Origin: Thermodesulfovibrionales bacterium
Lineage (GTDB): Bacteria > Nitrospirota > Thermodesulfovibrionia > Thermodesulfovibrionales > SM23-35
DNA: 64,000 nt
Reading direction: 5' to 3'
Assembly (NCBI GenBank): GCA_963715195.1
Contig: CAVQRT010000002.1
Coordinates: 192,001-256,000, forward strand
Below the pieces are notes generated by a model. That model searched no databases. It was not told the DNA's origin and saw only the letters and a program-made list of their open reading frames with translations. How positions within the stretch are numbered: position 1 is the first letter of the stretch; each line of letters begins with the position of its first letter. This document shows, in pieces, positions 59,560-64,000 of this stretch. The translations under genes were made by a program, and so were the position numbers.

Positions 59560-59996
59560 GACCTCTGCCTTATTGTTGATATTCTGTGTGTAAAAGCACT
59601 ACCGTTCACAATGGTATTATCACGCCATTCCCATGTAGTGGTGACATTGATCTGTTTGGTATTCGCATCGTCTGTGCCAAGGTTACCATCTCCATCAAGC
59701 TCGGCAACAACAACAATGGTATGAAAGGTAACACCTCCGGTTATGTTCCTCACGTTCCTGACAATCGGTACGTCACCGGCATCCGATACAAGAGACGCAA
59801 ATGGTAAATTTCGCGCCTCGTTCATCCTCAGCTCTGCGACATTAACAGCCTCATCCCTCAGAACATTTCTCGTGGTTGAGTCAATGCCTACGAGGGCTGT
59901 CTGCATCATCGCAAGGGATACCAGGAGGAATACCACCATTGCGATCAAGACTTCAACAAGTGTCAATCCTTTGTTATCTTTCAACACACGTCCCAT
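59556..59996 (-). CDS. pilV: PilV-like minor pilin (cluster 1)
   Basis: NKG/LTLVEVLIAM prepilin motif. Confidence 0.8.
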   Translation of the reverse strand: MGRVLKDNKGLTLVEVLIAMVVFLLVSLAMMQTALVGIDSTTRNVLRDEAVNVAELRMNEARNLPFASLVSDAGDVPIVRNVRNITGGVTFHTIVVVAELDGDGNLGTDDANTKQINVTTTWEWRDNTIVNGSAFTHRISTIRQRS

Positions 59997-60465
59997 TCCA
60001 TTTCCCCATATTGATCCTTGTCTGAGATAGCGTAAGGCAATCATAATCAGCATCTACCGTAGAGATTAAACGGATACTTCCCGCAGGCGCTATCATTCCT
60101 CTTCTGTCAAAATTGATCTGATTTCCCGGGCCCGTCCAGTCGATCACATATTCAACCGATTTCGGATAAGTTGGCAAGCGCGTATCAGAGCCTATCTCGA
60201 GAACACTATTGCCATCAGGTGCCGGATTCGTATCGTCATAGATTATGTAAGCATTTGCAGTTCCTGTTGCAAAATGCATCCTGTTCATCGTCATCGCCCT
60301 TACCCTCGCATTCATCAAATCGGTATGCATCTGTTTAATCTGGTTTTCTACCCTGTACCGGCCCATCCAGTTCCTGTATTCGAAGCCGAGAGCAACCACA
60401 AGAATTGCGATGATGGAAACAGCAATCATGAGCTCGATTAACGTTACTCCGTCCTGTCTATTCAT
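59974..60465 (-). CDS. fimT: FimT/FimU-like minor pilin (cluster 1)
   Basis: QDG/VTLIELMIAVSII, DL.NAR.RAM, FD.RG, C-terminal Cys pair. Confidence 0.8.
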   Translation of the reverse strand: MNRQDGVTLIELMIAVSIIAILVVALGFEYRNWMGRYRVENQIKQMHTDLMNARVRAMTMNRMHFATGTANAYIIYDDTNPAPDGNSVLEIGSDTRLPTYPKSVEYVIDWTGPGNQINFDRRGMIAPAGSIRLISTVDADYDCLTLSQTRINMGKWNGTCVER

Positions 60466-60541
60466 GGCGAACACGGTTATCATGGTAGTCATTTTCCGGC
60501 TTGAAAAGAAAATATATTACAGAAACTCTATGAGTCGACAT

Positions 60542-63500
60542 CTATCTTTCCTTGATATGAAGAGTTCTCTTCACCGGCGGCGGTTGAGACAATATTGACA
60601 AGCCCTGTGCCGTTGGCGGCACACCCTCAAGTGCCGACGTCCTTCTTCCGCCCTCTTCGGTAAATGCCTTGCTCAGATCAAGCTGCTCAATGCTGCCCGT
60701 CGAAACCTGCAGCAATGCCACGCCCTTTAATAAGGCGCCGGCAGCCCCGCCGGTGTTGTACCGCACCGCCCAAATAAAACTTTTTCCCCCATACGCACAT
60801 ACATCGGTGTAAGGTTTATACGATACAAAAAACACCACACCTGAAGTTGTTGTCAGGGGATCTGTGATGACTCGTTCGGCCCTATAGAAGCGAGTGAAAC
60901 TCTGCGCACAGGTACCGTCCGGATTGCGGACTTCACAGTGGGTATAATTGCCGGAAGCATCAAGATCGATCTTCCATCCGTCAGCTATTGCCGAAGGGTC
61001 CGCATCAGGAGTGTTGGTTACATCGGTCAGGGTTCCGGAAAAAGCTGCTGTGCAGCTTGCATCGAGACCTGATGTGGAGTAGCAGGGCTCTTGCAGGCCG
61101 AAAAGGTTCCTCTGACCGTTTTCATCATCTACCGTTGCCTGCTGTTCAAAGTAATACCTCCCGGTACCGAAGTAGACCCAGAGCTGTCCCTTGCTTTTGT
61201 TCAAAAGGCGTGTTACCGAAGATGTAACCGGGCCGATATTATCAACTAATTGGCTCCATTCCCAGTTCGACGGATTTGTGTCCTGCTTTGTCTGCAGACG
61301 GCCGACTCCGCCCTGCGTCCAGGTGCTTGCAAGGGCTTCTTTCTTCACATAGCCTACATAGACGATATCATCCTGATAGTTTAAGTCCACATCCATCGTT
61401 GAATTGTACATTGAACCTGCAAACGCTTCCGCGATGCCGGTATCAATAGTTCTCGTCAAGTTCCCGGTTTTCGCATCAAGAATAAAGAGGCGCAGGTTCT
61501 GGTCGGAACGGCCAAGGAATTGTTGGTCTGAAGTGCTCACCGGTCCGGTAGGACCCGAACCAACCACAACGAACCATTTGCCATTCTGTGCCGGATCTCC
61601 AACTCTCACAACCACCGGCCCTGTTGTAGTAAGGCCAAGATTTTCATTGGAGAACTCCCAGAGAAGTGTCGGGTTGCCCTGATCGGTAACGTCGAGTGCA
61701 AAATATGTGGAGTAACCGAGATCATTCACCGGGTTTTGTATGCAATTTGTACTCGTGCATGAATTCTTGCACGCACCACCAAATCTCATGCCTCCCACAA
61801 CGACCGTTCTCCATGTTGAGCCGTCATCAGGTCTTGCATTTCCGGAAATATCGCCCGAACCAGGAGTACCTATGCTTGCGTCAAAAATATAAGGACTAAG
61901 ATCAACAGTAAAAATGTGGCAATAGTCCGGCTCTTTTTTGTACTTGAGATATGGCAAGACATTCTTCGGGATAAACGACCAGACTTCATGTCCGAGCGGT
62001 ACCCCGGCCCCTCCGAGATATCCGGCGGGGTTTGCGAGGCAGGCTACATCACTGCTGCTGAAAGAACAGGTAACAGGATTCCCTTTCAGTTCGAGCCTCC
62101 CGAGCTTGAACGCATGAACCATACCATCGTTTCCGCCCGCAAACACCATGCCCCTGTTCCTGTATTTATTGGGATCGTCAAGAAAAGCCTTGTATGATAC
62201 ATCCTTATAAAGCTGATCATAGGTATTGAGCGGTATCCATGAAGAAATCTTCGGCGTCGAATTGAGAATATCACCAAGCTTCCAGACGTTGGTTTCACCG
62301 GCATCGATCGCATCGTTATTGTTGACATCAATACTGACCGTTCTTGGACGCATCCAGGGGGATGCGGGGAAGTCTTCACCCCGGACATATCTGATGAGAA
62401 TTTCCGCGTCATCATCATCAGGGGCACCCCCGTCATGGTCAAGGTCACCATCCGCAAATCCGTCCCCATCGTTATCGGCAATCGGCAAATCAAACAGGGG
62501 TCTCAGTGCCCCTGAATTAGCTATCGAAAAATCCACGACTCCGCTGCCGGTAGATACTTTGATATCTCTCGTTGCAGGGTCCCTCTGCCATAATTGGATC
62601 CCGGATTCCCACAAGCTGTCCAGTTTTTCAAATTCGATATCCGGCAGGGAACCCGATGGCGGAAACCGGTGTGCCATGGTTCGCTCAAATGTAGTATCGA
62701 AAAAGAATGACACCTGGTTATCTTCTGTCCTGTTGAAATATTTTGGGCTCGAACTGTCCTCGTATATCGAGCTCTGGCTGAAAAATGGATCAACAAAATA
62801 CCAGAAGTTCGTCAATCTTCCGGTCCATGCTATTTCAGCATCGTATACCTTTCTTCGCGGATAGAAAACCGCTTGTATAAGGTTTGCACCACTTCCTTCA
62901 CCTGAAGCAAGGACCGATGCTGCTGTTCCCGCCGCAGCCCTCTTCAGGATATCCTGAAACGCCTGAATGAGAGCTTCCCGTAACGTAGCCGGATCAGTTA
63001 CCTCATAATAAACTCCTCCGCCCGCATTGGCAGCCTGATAGAGGATATCCCCTGCTGTATCGGTGCTGGGGTCGCTATCCCTCGGGACGCCCATCGTATT
63101 GACGATATAGGTGTTCACGACCTGCCTGCCGGGCTGGTTGTCACCGCCGAAGGTCGGACTGTTTCTCAGGTCGTTGATATACCCGAAGCAGGTGTTCTTT
63201 GCGAGGTTGTAACTCGCCGGAGGGTCATTCGCTGCCGTGCAATTTGCTGCATCAGAAAATACGTCAGGAACTCCTCCGCTCGGGAGTTGGCGGATTGTCA
63301 GCACCGACGCCCGAAGTGATCATGAGATTGAAGTTTCTCTGGCACGCCTGGGAGTTTCTGAAGGGATCGCAGTTAGCCGCAGTATTGTTGGCATAGTAAT
63401 CAATGGCAGTATAGGCGCCGTTCACCAGCGTTGTTATCGGGTCGATCGGTACGGCATTTTCGATGGCGGTCATAAAATTTGGATCAGGGTTCGCACCGGG

Positions 63501-64000
63501 ATCGTCCTCGATGCAATTCGATATGCCTGGGATGGCATTAGTGGCCACCTTGTTGAAATCCTCTATTCCAAACCTTGCCTGCGGCCAGAACTGATCGACG
63601 ATACCGCTTTTCAGCACGCATTTATCGATATAACTCTCGGAACACGGTGGATCGTACGGGAAAGTGGTATCATGATTGTCGCAATTCACCACGTAATTTC
63701 CGGCGCATACCTTTACATCTACGGTTCCCGGTCGTTCTTATCGGGAGCGGAGCATTACTGACTGTGAGAGAAAAAGCTTTCGTTGCAATAAATCCGTTGC
63801 AATCGGTGACCTGGACAGTTAAATTAAACGTACCTGTAACCGTAGGTGTACCTGTTATGTAAACGTGGTCGCCGTTGATACAGGGCCCGCCTGTATTGAA
63901 AGAAAGACCAGCGGGCAGGCTCCCTGCTGTGATGCTCCATGTGTAGGTTCCCAGACAGGAACAGCATGCACCACAGGTTGAGCCGGACGTTGAAATATCT
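60542..64000 (-). CDS. pilY1: Large PilY1/PilC-family adhesin (cluster 1), 5' end outside window, two apparent +1 frameshifts
   Basis: KLGDILNSTP, GGNDGMVHAF, PTLLWEF; upstream frames 63264-63692 and 63999 down to ~63725 continue the protein, including a He_PIG domain (YTWSITAGSLPAGL..ITGTPT..GTFN.TVQVTD). Confidence 0.85.

Noticed and set aside
63264..63730. Programmed frameshifting or phase variation in pilY1-1
   Set aside because: Runs are only 2-3 nt with no slippery heptamer, and similar +1 events occur in unrelated genes; sequencing error is more parsimonious.
54029..64000. Diversity-generating retroelement targeting pilins, prompted by the Avd/four-helix-bundle-like peptide
   Set aside because: No reverse transcriptase in the window, and I saw no near-identical TR/VR pair differing at adenines; the paralogous pil genes are diverged throughout.

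Overview
Bacterial chromosome segment. Gene content (short EF-Ts, ccsA-hemA-hemC, RecD2, Mla genes, T4P minor pilins) suggests a Gram-negative anaerobe of the Nitrospirota/Desulfobacterota type; this is inference. In order: mrdA-cysM-rodA, tRNA-Met, small accessory genes, ychF, a purB-purL-thrC-metB block whose PurL, ThrC and CGS look eukaryote/plant-type, rpsB-tsf-pyrH-frr plus a DksA/TraR-family gene, and a ~13.5 kb AT-richer c-di-GMP signalling cluster. That cluster holds two GGDEF-EAL proteins, a GGDEF protein, a dual-PilZ protein, a HEAT + HD-GYP pair sharing an unnamed N-terminal domain, three sigma-54-type promoters, and paralogous small genes at both ends. Then HU, recD2, heme/cytochrome c genes, mla genes, topA-dprA-argG and two tandem FimT-PilV-PilW-PilX-PilY1 sets. 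Most unusual: short 7-/8-mer and palindromic repeats inserted in frame into purL, hemC and pilin leaders, a PilW whose leader looks like the start of a four-helix-bundle (IVS/Avd-like) protein, and REP-like elements. Four apparent +1 frameshifts (dksA-like, mlaF, two in pilY1) are probably sequencing errors. No CRISPR, rRNA, transposase, integrase or reverse transcriptase was seen.
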